This document shows positions 1 to 13,260 of a DNA stretch of 64,000 nt, piece after piece; position 1 is the first letter of the stretch, and every line of letters starts with the position of its first letter. The DNA is from Chrysomallon squamiferum (Eukaryota > Animalia > Mollusca), in contig CM022678.1 in NCBI GenBank assembly GCA_012295275.1, positions 2,232,001 through 2,296,000 on the forward strand. The letters are read 5' to 3'. Below the pieces are notes generated by a model. It had not been told where the DNA came from and ran no database searches. It worked only from the letters and a program-made list of their open reading frames with translations. Both the position numbers and the translations under genes were made by a program.

Positions 1-252
1 CACACACACAACCTACTCAGATATTGTTGAAGTAATCTCAATGTACGTAATGTTTATAAGGCTTGCATCAGGAAAATTAGCTAATATTGTTATTTATTTG
101 TTTATTTATTTATATTGTTTGTTTGTTTTGTTTTGTTTTGTTTATTTGCGTCATAAACTTCTTTTATTTTCGTATATAAATATATTTTAAAATGTACTGG
201 GAATAAATAATCTTAAAGCAAAAACATTTTAATAATTAAAAACAAAAATTAA

Positions 253-346
253 TGCCCCGAGTGAGGATCGAACTCACGACCTTCAGATATCTCTGTTTTA
301 CTGTGTGATTATGAGACTGACGCGCTACCTACTGCGCTATCGAGGC
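253..346 (-). tRNA. tRNA-Met(CAT), elongator, with 21-nt intron (289-309)
   Basis: Reverse complement GCCTCGATAGCGCAGTAGGTAGCGCGTCAGTCTCATA-[ATCACACAGTAAAACAGAGAT]-ATCTGAAGGTCGTGAGTTCGATCCTCACTCGGGGCA. The 73-nt mature part folds as a cloverleaf; G1-C72 and the GTTCGA T-loop indicate elongator; T-run terminator downstream. Confidence 0.95.
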
Positions 347-686
347 CACGTATTTCAACTGACTGCTGAAATTACTGAACAGTTTCCTTGTAATAACAGC
401 TTGACAACTAACTTACTCGGGGATACCAAGGCAACGTTATCTGTATGACGTCATCCTTCATCCATGACCCTAACACTTTAATAACTACAAAGTACATTTT
501 ATGAATATTGTAAAAGCGTGAAACTGTGCCGTTAGTTTTAATATAAACTGTAAATTTGTTAAATAGTTAGACTGTCTTTCGTCTGTTTGTTGCAAACTTT
601 CTAAAAATACCGTTGCGTTAAAATTACTTTCGTTGAACCCTTCTGTAGTTTCGGGTTACATTAATGCTACACCGTATATTGTTTTA

Positions 687-738
<52 letters not shown>

Positions 739-1015
739 TATATATATATATATATATATAAAAAAAAAAAAAAAGAAAACAATAAAAACTCCATCCAAAC
801 GTTTTATTTCATTTATTTATTTATTTAGTATTCGGACACGAAGCACAGTTTTGTTTTTTTCTTTCTGTCAGTGACGGGTTATCTGGTTAGTATGTTACTG
901 GTCTGGCCTTGACTGACCTTGAAATGCATTATTGTATTTATAAAGCAGTGCAGTACATACCACAACATTTTACATTCTAATGATGTTGTTTATGTTTGGT
1001 TGTTTTTATTTTAAA

Positions 1016-1068
<53 letters not shown>

Positions 1069-1073
1069 ACTAC

Positions 1074-1139
<66 letters not shown>

Positions 1140-1273
1140 CTGAACTCCTCATATTAATTAATGATATCTTATCATATGGCCTTGTCGATAAAATAAATAA
1201 ATAAATAAATAAATGTTTTATGATGCATACGTATTCGCATGTTTTATTTGTTTTATTTATTAGTATTTTTATT

Positions 1274-1323
<50 letters not shown>

Positions 1324-1808
1324 TACATTATTTACATTATTTTAGTATGTAAATTTTAACCTTTTACCAAAATGGCGGAAATGCTGAAATTGCTATAACT
1401 ACGCATTCACTATTCACGTCTCAGTCGAGCCCATCTGTTTAAACGTGGTCAAATATTCGACAAATGTGTTCACTGCGAAATATTCGACAAATGTGTTCAC
1501 TGCGCTAGGTTTTGAAATTTTCAAGTATCTATTTATAGCTGAATTAGTTCAGCAGACACAACTGAACATCGCGATTTAAAGTTTGAGCACATCTGTTACA
1601 ACAAAAGGAAGTTGTGGCTTTCGTATTAACGTTCATATTTCGCTTTCTCGATCGTTTCGCAAACTAGTTTAATTGTTCCTTCGTGCGTTGTCTGACCATT
1701 ACTAACTCATCAAGTCACTCAATTCGAAGAGCAGACGAGAGAGGTATGACGTCACAGCTAGCGAACGTCTGAGAGTTAATTTATGTCGTGCTTCAAAACT
1801 GGCTCCGA

Positions 1809-1881
<73 letters not shown>

Positions 1882-1946
1882 GAAAAGAAAAAAATTTAAG
1901 AAAAAAAAAAATGTAAGTTAAAAAACAAAACAAAAAGAAAAATTAA

Positions 1947-2040
1947 TGCCCCGAGTGAGGATCGAACTCACGACCTTCAGATATCTCTGTTTTACTTTGT
2001 GATTATGAGACTGACGCGCTACCTACTGCGCTATCGAGGC
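1947..2040 (-). tRNA. tRNA-Met(CAT), elongator, with 21-nt intron
   Basis: Mature sequence identical to copy 1; intron ATCACAAAGTAAAACAGAGAT; T-run downstream on minus strand. Confidence 0.95.
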
Positions 2041-2724
2041 TATAACTAACGATTATGTTTTTCAGTTAGTAAATTCTTTATTATGTGTATATGTTTTCAA
2101 TTTCGTTGATTACGTTTGTTGATGTTGTCTTTATGCAACACAGTGCTACATTAGCTCACTTTGTAATTTAGGTCAGATAACACCGATTCTGCACGTGATG
2201 AAAATTCTCGTAACAAAACGATTATTTATTTATTATGTATAATTATGTTACGATTTAAACGTACAGTACTCAGTATTTGAACAAACAGGACAGCTAGTGT
2301 AACTGTGTAATATTCAGTAAATGTGAATAAAAAAACCCCACTGATACTGTGATAATAAATATATACTTATTTATAGTAATCTTTTTTCTCTTTCTCTCTT
2401 TCCATCATTTCTTTCTTTTTTCTTTATCTTTTTTCTCTCAATAACTTTTTTTTTGTTCTTCTTTTTTTCTTTTCTACAACATGACGGTATCAAATAAGTA
2501 ATTAAGCTTGCCGCCAGCCTAAATATCAACGCTAAAAATAAAATAAACGTTAAAAAATCTTTAGAAAAATTATTGTAAAACAGAAATATTTTAAAAAGAA
2601 GAATAGTTAAATTATAACAAGGAAAACAGACAAAGATATAAACACACAAACAAAGAAACGTAAATAAATAAATAAGTATTTTAACTATTTTAAAGATTAT
2701 TTTAACAAGATAAAGAATCTTCAG

Positions 2725-2818
2725 GCCTCGATAGCGCAGTAGGTAGCGCGTCAGTCTCATAATCACAAAGTAAAACAGAGATATCTGAAGGTCGTGAGTT
2801 CGATCCTCACTCGGGGCA
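2725..2818 (+). tRNA. tRNA-Met(CAT), elongator, with 21-nt intron
   Basis: Same sequence as copy 2 in the opposite (divergent) orientation; TTTATTTTT Pol III terminator follows. Confidence 0.95.
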
Positions 2819-3704
2819 TTTATTTTTATATATTTACTTATTGAAAATTAATGGTCAGTAGACTGTATTACAGCCTGTGTTATTATTAAAAAAAAATTTA
2901 AAAAAAAGAAAAGAAAATATTCTTGCATTAAAAGCACGTTCTTAAATTTAAAAAATTGCATATCTGTGTATGTACATATCTGTGTATGTATGTATGTATG
3001 TTCAGAAATATAAAAATGTAGAAACTATTTATAAACTATGCCTATAGTTAATTTCTTTCACAGGATTATATAGGTTTACTTACTAACAAGCGAATCCAGA
3101 TAAAAAGAAAATGAAAATTTTTACAATTAATGTCATGACAACGCTGTGGCCATTGTCTGACGTCATACAATTAATAATTCATTATGACAAATAATTAAAA
3201 TAATCTTTCATGTCCGAAGAGATGAAAGATTATTTTAATTTTCCATTAGTTAATTTTAAACATTTATTAAAATGGAAGTCACAAAGTAAAATGTGCGCGC
3301 GTTATTTCTATGTCTCTGTTAGCGTCGTTATCCTTATATGCATACACATTATTATATATCTGATGTTTGTGTTTGCATATATGAATACAGTTGTTTGTAT
3401 AAATGGCTGTTTTTAACTGATCAATACCGCAACCTATAATTTCACTGTCAGTCGCGTCATACGTGTTTTATGACGTATTCGATGACGAGATATATGGAAT
3501 ATTGCACGTTATGGCCTCTGTTTGACTGTTTCATTGTCTCCAAAGTATACAACGCTATATCTAAGTCAGTGGCGAGTTTATGAGAGAAATCTGAAACCAA
3601 ATTACTACGTCTAGACGCTACAGCAATATTTTATTTTCATTCTCTACCTACATTTCTCACGCAGAGAGAAGAAGAGATTTGTATTTTCCATGATGATTAT
3701 GTTT

Positions 3705-3826
<122 letters not shown>

Positions 3827-4489
3827 TACTCACCACAGATAGATCACAGAATTTTGTGAACGAGCAAACATCGGACGGGAGATAAAACATGGAATGTTGT
3901 TTTCACTCCGCCATTACTGTTTGTAGAAAATATGATACGCGACGCGTGATGAATGACTGTTTTGTTCGTAACACAGTTTCCTCAATACAGTTTATATACT
4001 TCATTAACATAACAGTTAGAATAATCGCCTCAGTTTGGATCTGAGCTCAGTGCTCCTGCGGTACATGAAGAAAAACAACAATTAATTTAAACAGTAGCAT
4101 ATTAATGCTTTATTTATTTATTTGTTTATTTATTTATTTATAGTAGTAATAGTAATAATAACAGCGGCAGCAGCAGTAATAATAATACAGTAATAGTAAT
4201 GGTTGCAGCAGTAATAATGCAGTAGTAGTAGCAGTAGTTATTGTACTAATTCAGTAGTAGTAATAGTAATAATAGTTGTAATAGTAGTACTAGCAGTAAT
4301 ACGGTACTAGTAGTAATACCGTAGTAGTGATAATATGATTTTTAATAAACGGTTGAATTTATACGCAAAATAGTGCAATTGAAATGAATCTGAAGAATCT
4401 GATAAGATACAGACTTGAAAATGTAAGCTTGGCAAACTGCACCCTATAATCTCTACTATGTGTATTATATTACAAAAAATAACCTATGC

Positions 4490-4545
4490 GCTCTCTCTCT
4501 CTCTCTGTCTCTCTCTCTGTCTCTCTCTTTCTTCCCCTCTCTCTG

Positions 4546-4577
<32 letters not shown>

Positions 4578-4707
4578 ATACACACAGCTGGCTCTCTTTC
4601 TCTCTCTCTCTCTCTCTCATACACACAGCTGGCTCTCTTTCTCTCTCTCTCTCTCTCTCTCACACACTGGCTGGCTCTCTCTCTCTCTCTCTCTCTCACA
4701 CAGCTGG

Positions 4708-4742
<35 letters not shown>

Positions 4743-4952
4743 ATACACACAGCTGGCTCTCTCTTTCTCTCTCTCTCTCTCATACACACAGCTGGCTCTC
4801 TCTCTCTCTCTCTCTCTCTCACTCATACACACAGCTGGCTCTCTCTCTCTCTCTCATACACACAGCTGGCTCTCTCTCATACACACAGCTGGCTCTCTCT
4901 CTCTCATACACACAGCTGGCTCTCTCTCTCTCTCTCTCATACACACAGCTGG

Positions 4953-4996
<44 letters not shown>

Positions 4997-5006
4997 ACAC
5001 AGCTGG

Positions 5007-5052
<46 letters not shown>

Positions 5053-5090
5053 CACACAGCTGGCTCTCTTTCTCTCTCATACACACAGCT

Positions 5091-5146
<56 letters not shown>

Positions 5147-5157
5147 CACACAGCTGG
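4490..5157. repeat. Compound repeat: about 15 copies of CATACACACAGCTGG separated by variable-length (CT)n tracts
   Basis: Direct reading; it accounts for all six overlapping low-complexity ORFs at 4458-5245. Confidence 0.9.
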
Positions 5158-5916
5158 AATACAGGACAAATTAATAATAATAATAAAAATAATCATAATT
5201 AAAAAAACCCACAAAAAACAACACATTAATGATATATCATGGTAATACAACTAACAGTTCGATATGTAAATTAAACCACACTGTTCTCGAGAAGAAGACA
5301 GGAGAACAAACTCGCGAAATTTTCTTTGTAAATCTTGTCTGCGCTGTTAGCCAAACTCACGAAGTCGCTACGAAGACTCAAGAGGCGCAGATTGTTTTGT
5401 TTCGCTACACGTTTGAGACAGGAGATAATTTTACTGTGCAGAACGCGGGTGCAGTTTACAAATCTCTGCACGTTCTCGCACACACACGTGTTTTCTTACT
5501 TAGCAGAAACCTCCTTCCATTTTTTGTTATGCTTTACCGGAAACAGGCGGAAACTAACGAACAGTTACGTTGGTAGGCTAGGCCTAAAACGTGTCGTCTT
5601 TTTAAATAAATAAAATAAAAATTTATTAATAAAATATCAAGTTTAATTTTTTTTCTTTTTTTTTCTTTTTTCGTTTTCTTTCTTCCATATAACAATGAAA
5701 TAATAACAACAACAACAACAGTAATAACATGATAATAATAATAGCATGTTTTTTCGTTTAGTATTTGATTTTTCCTTTTATAATTAATATGTTATTATTG
5801 TTGACATTGTTGTGGCTGTTGTGGTAGCTGTCGTTGTTAATAAAAGCATTATTATTAATCCACTTACATAACGTTTTCTTTTTAAATATCAGGTATTCCT
5901 TTTTATTTAAATGCGT

Positions 5917-5951
<35 letters not shown>

Positions 5952-6327
5952 TCTTTTTTAAAAGTCTGTTTTTAATCAATATTTATTTAAATCTGAAGAA
6001 AAAAGAAGTAAGAGCTAGAATAACAGTAAATGTTAAATAAATAATTAACAAATAAAATAATAAATAAGTAAATAAATAAATAAATAAATAAAGAGGAGGA
6101 TGCAGGCAAAAAAAAAAAAAAAAAAAAAAAAGAAAGAAAAAGAAAAAAGAACAGAATATAATTTACTCAACCTTCTCTGCATCGATAAGAATTTTATTAT
6201 TTTCTAAAAATAACGCCAATTATCTTTTAAAATATCACATAAACAGTTTAATTGCCTGTGTTATTACAAATATTTAACATTATTTCTGGTTTTAACTGCT
6301 ATGTTAATTAAGTGACGTTTAGTTATA

Positions 6328-6415
6328 GCCTCGATAGCGCAGTAGGTAGCGCGTCAGTCTCATAATCACAAACAGAGATATCTGAAGGTCGTGAGTTCGA
6401 TCCTCACTCGGGGCA
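6328..6415 (+). tRNA. tRNA-Met(CAT), elongator, with shortened 15-nt intron
   Basis: Identical mature sequence; intron ATCACAAACAGAGAT (6-nt internal deletion); TTTCTTTTT follows. Confidence 0.95.
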
Positions 6416-6442
6416 TTTCTTTTTATTATTCCATTCTTTCTT

Positions 6443-6498
<56 letters not shown>

Positions 6499-7119
6499 TC
6501 AAGGTTTACTATTACAAATACTATTACAATATTTCGAAGAACTACATTTGGCTGAAACAAATATGGTGGCATAAAGATTACTATGTGTAACGTCCCCTCT
6601 ACAATTACATTCATTAGTAACTTCTAAAGCATGTCATAACTATGAAAGTTAAACAGTAGTAACAATCCCGCATCTTCATCAAACCTTAGATCCCACCGTG
6701 GTTTTCATGTCGTCGTTCTGCTTTTAACTGACGTCACATGCGTATTGACCTTTGTAGTCAGGCGATGTGACACGTGACGAAACAAACGAAGCTTGCCGAA
6801 GGTTTGAATTCGTTACGAGCACCGACGGAAAACATGTTCGTGATTAGTTGAAAAGACTTTGATGAACCAATCACAGTGACGTATTGTAAACTGCAGGACG
6901 CAGGAAAAACAGAGGGTGGGGATGATTAACGGGAAGGAAGGGAGGTGTGTGTTATTTTATAGAGACAAAGACTAATATTAGTGTTACGTGTTTCATTATA
7001 ACGAATATTTATATGTTTGTAATAATTTTTTTTTTTTTTTCATTCTAAGAAACATTTTTGATAAATAGATAGATAAACAGATAGATATATAGATATACAG
7101 CTTGAAGGATGTATAGACG

Positions 7120-7185
<66 letters not shown>

Positions 7186-7516
7186 ACTAGTCATATTAAG
7201 CTAGTGATATTTATACAGCTAATTGCCGAATCTGAAAACAGAAGAAAAATCAATAATTTCTGCTTTTCTTTTTGTTATTAATCTTTCGTCGAACATGATA
7301 TTTCGATTGTTAGAGCACAGACCGTCGTCTGCTTGTTCTCAGCGCGTGCTGTTAGGAAGAACACCGAATATGTTAAATCATTAAATGTTAGTCATGTATA
7401 TCAGCGATACAGAAACTGAATTAGCTTGGCACATCAAATATTTACTACTACTACTACTACTACTACAACTACCACTACTACTACTACTACTACTACTAAT
7501 AATAATAATCATAATC

Positions 7517-7587
<71 letters not shown>

Positions 7588-7741
7588 TATTATTATTATT
7601 ATTAATGTTATAAAAGCCAATAGATGAATTTTATCCTTTTCATTTCCCCCCTCTGTGATTTGTTTATGATTTACAGGTGCATTAAAATTGAAGGAATTAA
7701 AGCAACAAACAAATGTGTAGGAATTTAAAATAATAAAACTG

Positions 7742-7835
7742 TGCCCCGAGTGAGGATCGAACTCACGACCTTCAGATATCTCTGTTTTACTGTGTGATTA
7801 TGAGACTGACGCGCTACCTACTGCGCTATCGAGGC
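7742..7835 (-). tRNA. tRNA-Met(CAT), elongator, with 21-nt intron
   Basis: Same as copy 1 including the intron variant ATCACACAG; T4 downstream. Confidence 0.95.
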
Positions 7836-7973
7836 TGTATGTGAATGTACGAGTTTGTTGTATTAGTAATTAGAATTACCTGCAAACCATTAGTAAATAC
7901 AGCAAACAGTTATTAAATGATAATGATGGTGATGTTGATAATGGTGATGATAATTTTTAATTTTATTTCACAG

Positions 7974-8117
7974 CTTGGTGGATTGCTACGCAAGGTTTGA
8001 TGTCTGTTGGTCTCGCTCTAGGGTTGATGTCGTTGCTGTTTGCGACGCTGGCGTTGTGCTGCGAATGTAAAATGTGCAACTGCAGCAACGCCATTGCCGG
8101 ACTTCTTATGATAGCCT
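7974..8117 (+). CDS. PMP22/EMP/claudin-superfamily tetraspan protein, penultimate exon
   Basis: tttcacag acceptor and gtaagt donor, 144 nt, phase 1-1. Translates xWWIATQGLMSVGLALGLMSLLFATLALCCECKMCNCSNAIAGLLMIA (W..A.Q.L entry into TM2, then start of TM3). Confidence 0.8.
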
Positions 8118-8710
8118 GTAAGTAGCGTATACAGTTTTACGTGTAAGTTTCACTGTAAGTAGCGTATAAAGTTTTACGTGTAAATTTCACTGTAAGTAGC
8201 GTATACAGTTTTACGTGTAAATTTCACAGTAAGTAGCGTATACAGTTTTACATGTAGGTTTCACTGTAAGTAGCGTATACAGTTTTATGTGTAAATTTCA
8301 CTGTAAGTAGCGTATACAGTTTTACGTGTAAATTTCACTGTAAGTAGCGTATAAAGTTTTACGTGTAAATTTCACTGTAAGTAGCGTATAAAGTTTTACG
8401 TGTAAGTTTCACTGTAAGTAGCGTATACAGTTTTACGTGTAAATTTCACTGTAAGTAGCGTATAAAGTTTTACAGGTAAGTTTCATTGTAATTAGCGTAT
8501 AAAGTTTTACGTGTAAGTTTCACTGTAAGTAGCGTATAAACTTTTACGTGTAAATTTCACTGTAAGTAGCGTATAAAGTTTTACAGGTAAGTTTCATTGT
8601 AATTAGCGTATAAAGTTTTATGTGTAAATTTCACGTGTAAGTTTTACAAAGTTTAAGTTTCACTTTCACTAAATTAGCGTATAACGTTTTACGTGTAAGT
8701 TTCACTGTAG
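8116..8710 (+). repeat. 37-bp minisatellite (CTGTAAGTAGCGTATACAGTTTTACGTGTAAGTTTCA), about 15-16 units, starting at the exon donor site
   Basis: Direct tandem repeats visible; degenerate at the 3' end. Confidence 0.92.
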
Positions 8711-9209
8711 AACAGTTTTTGACCAGACATTTGTGTAATGGACAACTGCTCATTGGACAGTTGTTCACTCCAAAAGGATAAAAAAAAAAAGAAAAAAAAA
8801 AAGGACAATGGCGAACTTGAGTGTAGCAACAACACTACTACAACATCTGTTTACAATCAAACTGATTGTCCAGCACAATGAAGAACATTTCTCCACACTA
8901 ATTTCTTCCTCTGTTGCTGCTGGTACACACGTTTCTCACGTCCTCTCCTCACTGAAACGTTTTATGGCCTTGGAGAATTTTTATGTTATCTTGCCTGTAA
9001 TTAACTTTGATAATTATCTCAGTTAATAATCAAGTTAATCACATACATTTAAAAAGGTATCCTACAAAAACAAAAGAAATCATGAGGTTTTTTTATGTTT
9101 GTCTTTTTTAAATTTTGGTGTGAGCAGCTGTCCAGTGAGCAAATTTACCACCATTTTGACATTTATGGAAATAATTCATTAAATTATTGTAATATTTGAG
9201 TGTGTGTGC

Positions 9210-9246
<37 letters not shown>

Positions 9247-9331
9247 AGGGTTTCTCTCGATAATAAGGAAATTTGATGATGTAACCCAGTTATACAGTAT
9301 TTGAATTGTATTATTTGTGTCTGTTTTTCAG

Positions 9332-9531
9332 TCCTCGTTCTGGGTACGGGTGTGGTCGTGTTTGGAATCAACGCACACATTGATCAACACTTCAAAGCGG
9401 AAATGAACTGGAAGAACAACGCGAGGTCACGTTTCAGCTGGTCGTTTTGGCTCGGTGTGGGCTCATCCGGTCTAGCCTTTTTGACATCGCTCATCTACGC
9501 ATGTGTGGGGAGACAATCCAGGCCACACTAA
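9332..9531 (+). CDS. PMP22/EMP/claudin-superfamily protein, terminal coding exon
   Basis: tttttcag acceptor, phase-compatible with the previous exon. FLVLGTGVVVFGINAH...RFSWSFWLGVGSSGLAFLTSLIYACVGRQSRPH*; the FSWSFWL motif before TM4 is typical of the family; AATAAA at 9614. Confidence 0.82.
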
Positions 9532-9653
9532 CCAGATGGCGCTTCCATGTCGTGCAGTATTAAGCATCCACTCGTGCCATGACTTCCTTTCTCTCTGACT
9601 TATTCTTAGCAGAAATAAACGAACGAACATTTACTTTTTAAAATATTCACAGA

Positions 9654-9686
<33 letters not shown>

Positions 9687-10009
9687 CTTAATCTATCTGG
9701 GTTTGGTAAATGTTGTTTTGATTTTAACTGTGTTTAAGGAAATGTTATTTGGATAGAGCGTTCACGCATCCATGTTTGCTCAAAGTCATCTTTACGTCTG
9801 TTTTGACATTTTGATAGAAAAGCTATTACCTGCTAAGATTTATTTATAACTAAATTGTTCTGTGACAGGACTGTACATACCAAACTGATAACGAGGCTAG
9901 TGCTGCTTGAAACGGGTCTGTTGAATGGGAATATAACCTTTTCTAATGAATTTTAAAAAGTCTGTTTATATCTAATTACCTCCCTTTGCAGTAATGTCTG
10001 AAATATAGG

Positions 10010-10064
<55 letters not shown>

Positions 10065-10900
10065 TTTTACACACGGCAATAACTAATAGGCATGCGCATT
10101 TCATTTTTATTTTATTTATTTCCAAAATTGTTTCTTGTACTGCTTTTGGTGCCTGTTAAAAGTATTTTTTTACAGAGATAAAATGAAAAAAATATATATA
10201 TTAATAATAATAATTATAATAAAAAAAAGAGAAGAAAACAAAAAGAAAAAATAATAAAAATAAAAAGAAGAAAAAAAAAAAAATAACATCATCTATTCGA
10301 TAATCGGGACCAAGCCATTTTGATTACCTTTTATCAAACTACGCATGCGCGGAACTAGTTACATCGTTTACTAGAACCGTCGAAAGTGTTATGACTTGCT
10401 ATCAACAGATAGGAAGGGAGGGATTAAGAGGGGGTAATGATAATGGTAATGGTAAAAGAGGTAAGGAGTGTCCCTTATTCGCTCATTTTATATCTGCCCT
10501 TTACAAACTGCAGTTTTCAGTTTATTGTAATATGTACTGATATTCACAACAAAACTTGCTGTACGTAATTCTTCAAATCATCTATTTTGTTAAACTGTAG
10601 TCGAAATCCTTGTAACTACGATTGTGAAGGGACTATTATTACTGCTACTACTAAATACTGAAGGGGATGTTTAACTCGAAAAAAAAAAATTATAATAGTA
10701 ATAATAATCCCCCCCAAAAATATCTACATATATAACAAAATATTCTGTGGCTGCTGACATTGTACAAATATTGTTATGACGTCATTAATAGTACGTCTGC
10801 TCTCAAACAGTGATGAATCGAGTGCTTGTGTACTCAACATGTAACATTTTCTATTATTATTATTTTTTATGTATTATTTATGTATTTATTTATTTATTTA

Positions 10901-10981
<81 letters not shown>

Positions 10982-11953
10982 TATTATTTTTTAATTATTA
11001 AAATTTCATGCGTAGTCGATGAATTGTCCCGGGAAAAAATGAAACCAAAAAAACAACAAAAGAACTAGTTGTTTGAATTTAGGATAAATGAAAAATATTA
11101 ACAGCATTTCACACAATCATGACGTCTGCTAATACGAATGCTAATTTTATGCATATGTGTACATAATTAATTATGTTAGAATAATTAGGACGCTGTTGTA
11201 GTTGCTATAATTGCAGTAGTTTAGAAATGTGTGTTTTATATATCCACTAATTCTGTTTTACGTTTTGTAATAAAATTATGCATACACTTTCAGCGATCTG
11301 TAAAAAAGATATTCGGTGATTTTTTTTCCCATTCTAACGTCTCTTTATAGAAACAAATCTTAGACTGCGGAGTAAATAAGTAGGAAAATATTATTTCACA
11401 AAACAAAACAAAAACAACAATAACAATATATATATATAAACAAAATAAGCCTGAAAAAAAAAAAATAAAAAATAAAATAAAATAGAATAAAAATAATAAA
11501 AGCCTATGGAAACAATAAAAATAAATAACTAAATAACTTTAAAAATGTTCAAAATTAAAATTCGGCTCTATCTTGTCTGTAAATAACATTTTGAAAGAAT
11601 AGATAGGGTTATTGTTGTTGTATTAATCTGTAACTTCATTTACATGTTCGCAGAAGAGGATTTGTTTCTGGAAAGAAGGCTTCTAATGGAGACATTTTAT
11701 TTATAAAAAATAAACAGGGTTTCTTTTTGGTTTGTTTGTTTGTTTGTTTTTTTTTTTTTTTTTTTGTTTTTACGTTTTTAAACATTGATTTTAGTTACAT
11801 AGTATTAGTTCTTCCGACAATTCTTTTTCAGACAAAAAATTGCATTGGGTGAAATTTGAAGACGACGATAAATAATACTATAGTTATGAACTATTTTAAT
11901 GTGGACCACCCCTTCTTTATTTGGAGGATACAAAAACTAAGCAACAACACCGA

Positions 11954-12000
<47 letters not shown>

Positions 12001-12239
12001 ACGAAAAAAAAGAAGAAACCATCAACACTATTTTTCCATCTTCCTGCACCAGTAGGAAGATTATGATCTGAAAGTCTAAACTGTAACAATGTGCTCGGTG
12101 TTTTCTCTTGAGAAGGCTGAACTACGTCTCGAATGCGACAACATTTTTAAAAGTTTTATAATTTGAAACTTTGTACGAGTTATCAGTGACGCAGTACTAA
12201 TATTGTAAAAACTGACCTATAAGCCTTTTGTTAACACGC

Positions 12240-12762
12240 AGTTTTAACTTAGAAGCACTTGTGGCACTGTTACACTGTGACAACGTACGTACAGCAGCCG
12301 TCAGCGAGAATAGATTTGACGTAGTTGTGATTAAAAATGTGATTGTCAACGTCATTCAGTAATGACTTAGACTGGTTTCTAGTGATTAGTCGATACCAGT
12401 AAATAACCATTCTTACGTTTACAGTACACTTACTGACATCAAATTCTTCATTTAATAAGTACAATGGTGTACATTTCCTTAAAACTCGTAACAGTTTTAT
12501 CAATTGGTTACGTAAATTTTCCATTCATGACAGAATTTTCAAATCCCCTAATGTCGCTACTGTATAATAGAACTGGTGAAACCATGTAGTGAAATATTTT
12601 TAATTGACACTGTATGGAAATAATGTTGCATCTTCTCTGCCGTAGAATGAAATACAGAGTCTTCAGTATTTGTCTTTGTAACATGTTCCTTGACTTAGTA
12701 AATCTATTTAACTTGTGAAAAGTAATACCAAGATACTTGTAGCTTTCTACATTATCAAGCAT
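12240..12762 (-). mobile_element. Degenerate non-LTR retrotransposon (LINE) ORF2 fragment, post-RT region
   Basis: Minus-strand frames give YKYLGITF...VSPVLLYSSDIRG and LLRVLRKCTPLYLLNEEF..YWYRLI, resembling the YKYLG and P.LLYG.E.WG motifs downstream of LINE RT; frameshifted. Confidence 0.75.
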
Positions 12763-12807
12763 TGATTTTTTTTTTTTTTTTTTTTTTGTTATTTGTAATC
12801 TTTATTG

Positions 12808-13260
12808 CTGATGTTAATTCTGTAAACAGTGAGGGAAAAACTCCACGTCATGAAGCTGTAAAAGCAGTGACACACAGAAAGGAAGTAGCTTTGTTGTCCC
12901 TTGAAAATGGTGCCGATACTGACATAACAGATAAACAAAAGAATTCAGCACTGCACATAGCATCTCAAATTGACCAGAAGTATTATTATATAAGGTGCTG
13001 ATGAAAATTCAACAGGCAGTGATAATAACTCTGTTTTACCCCAGGAAGCTAAACATGGAAATATAGAACGTTAATGTAAATATTAAAAACAGTCGAGGTG
13101 AAACTCCTCTTTTTACAGCTGTTAAGTGTCAACAGAACAAAGTAATTTTGTATTAACTGGAACATGGATCCAATCTTAATGTAAGAGACAATGATAACAA
13201 TTCTGTTTTACGTCTAGCAGCTAAATGTGGAAAACTAAAACTTTTGAGAGCTTTGCTTAC
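12808..13260 (+). pseudogene. Ankyrin-repeat remnant paralogous to the nSTAND3-ANK gene
   Basis: Near-identical to 23108-23270 (HEAVKAVTHRKEVALL...TDKQKNS.LHIA), then further ANK units with deletions and stops. Confidence 0.88.

Noticed and set aside
4490-5157. CRISPR-like appearance (constant repeat plus spacers)
   Set aside because: Spacers are only (CT)n, the context is eukaryotic, and there are no cas genes.
4458-5245. Six overlapping 70-260 aa ORFs
   Set aside because: Products of the (CT)n compound repeat, which lacks stop codons; low-complexity SL/RE translations.
9614-9684. AATAAA followed by an A-run suggesting a retrocopy
   Set aside because: The gene retains an intron, and A-runs are ubiquitous in this window.
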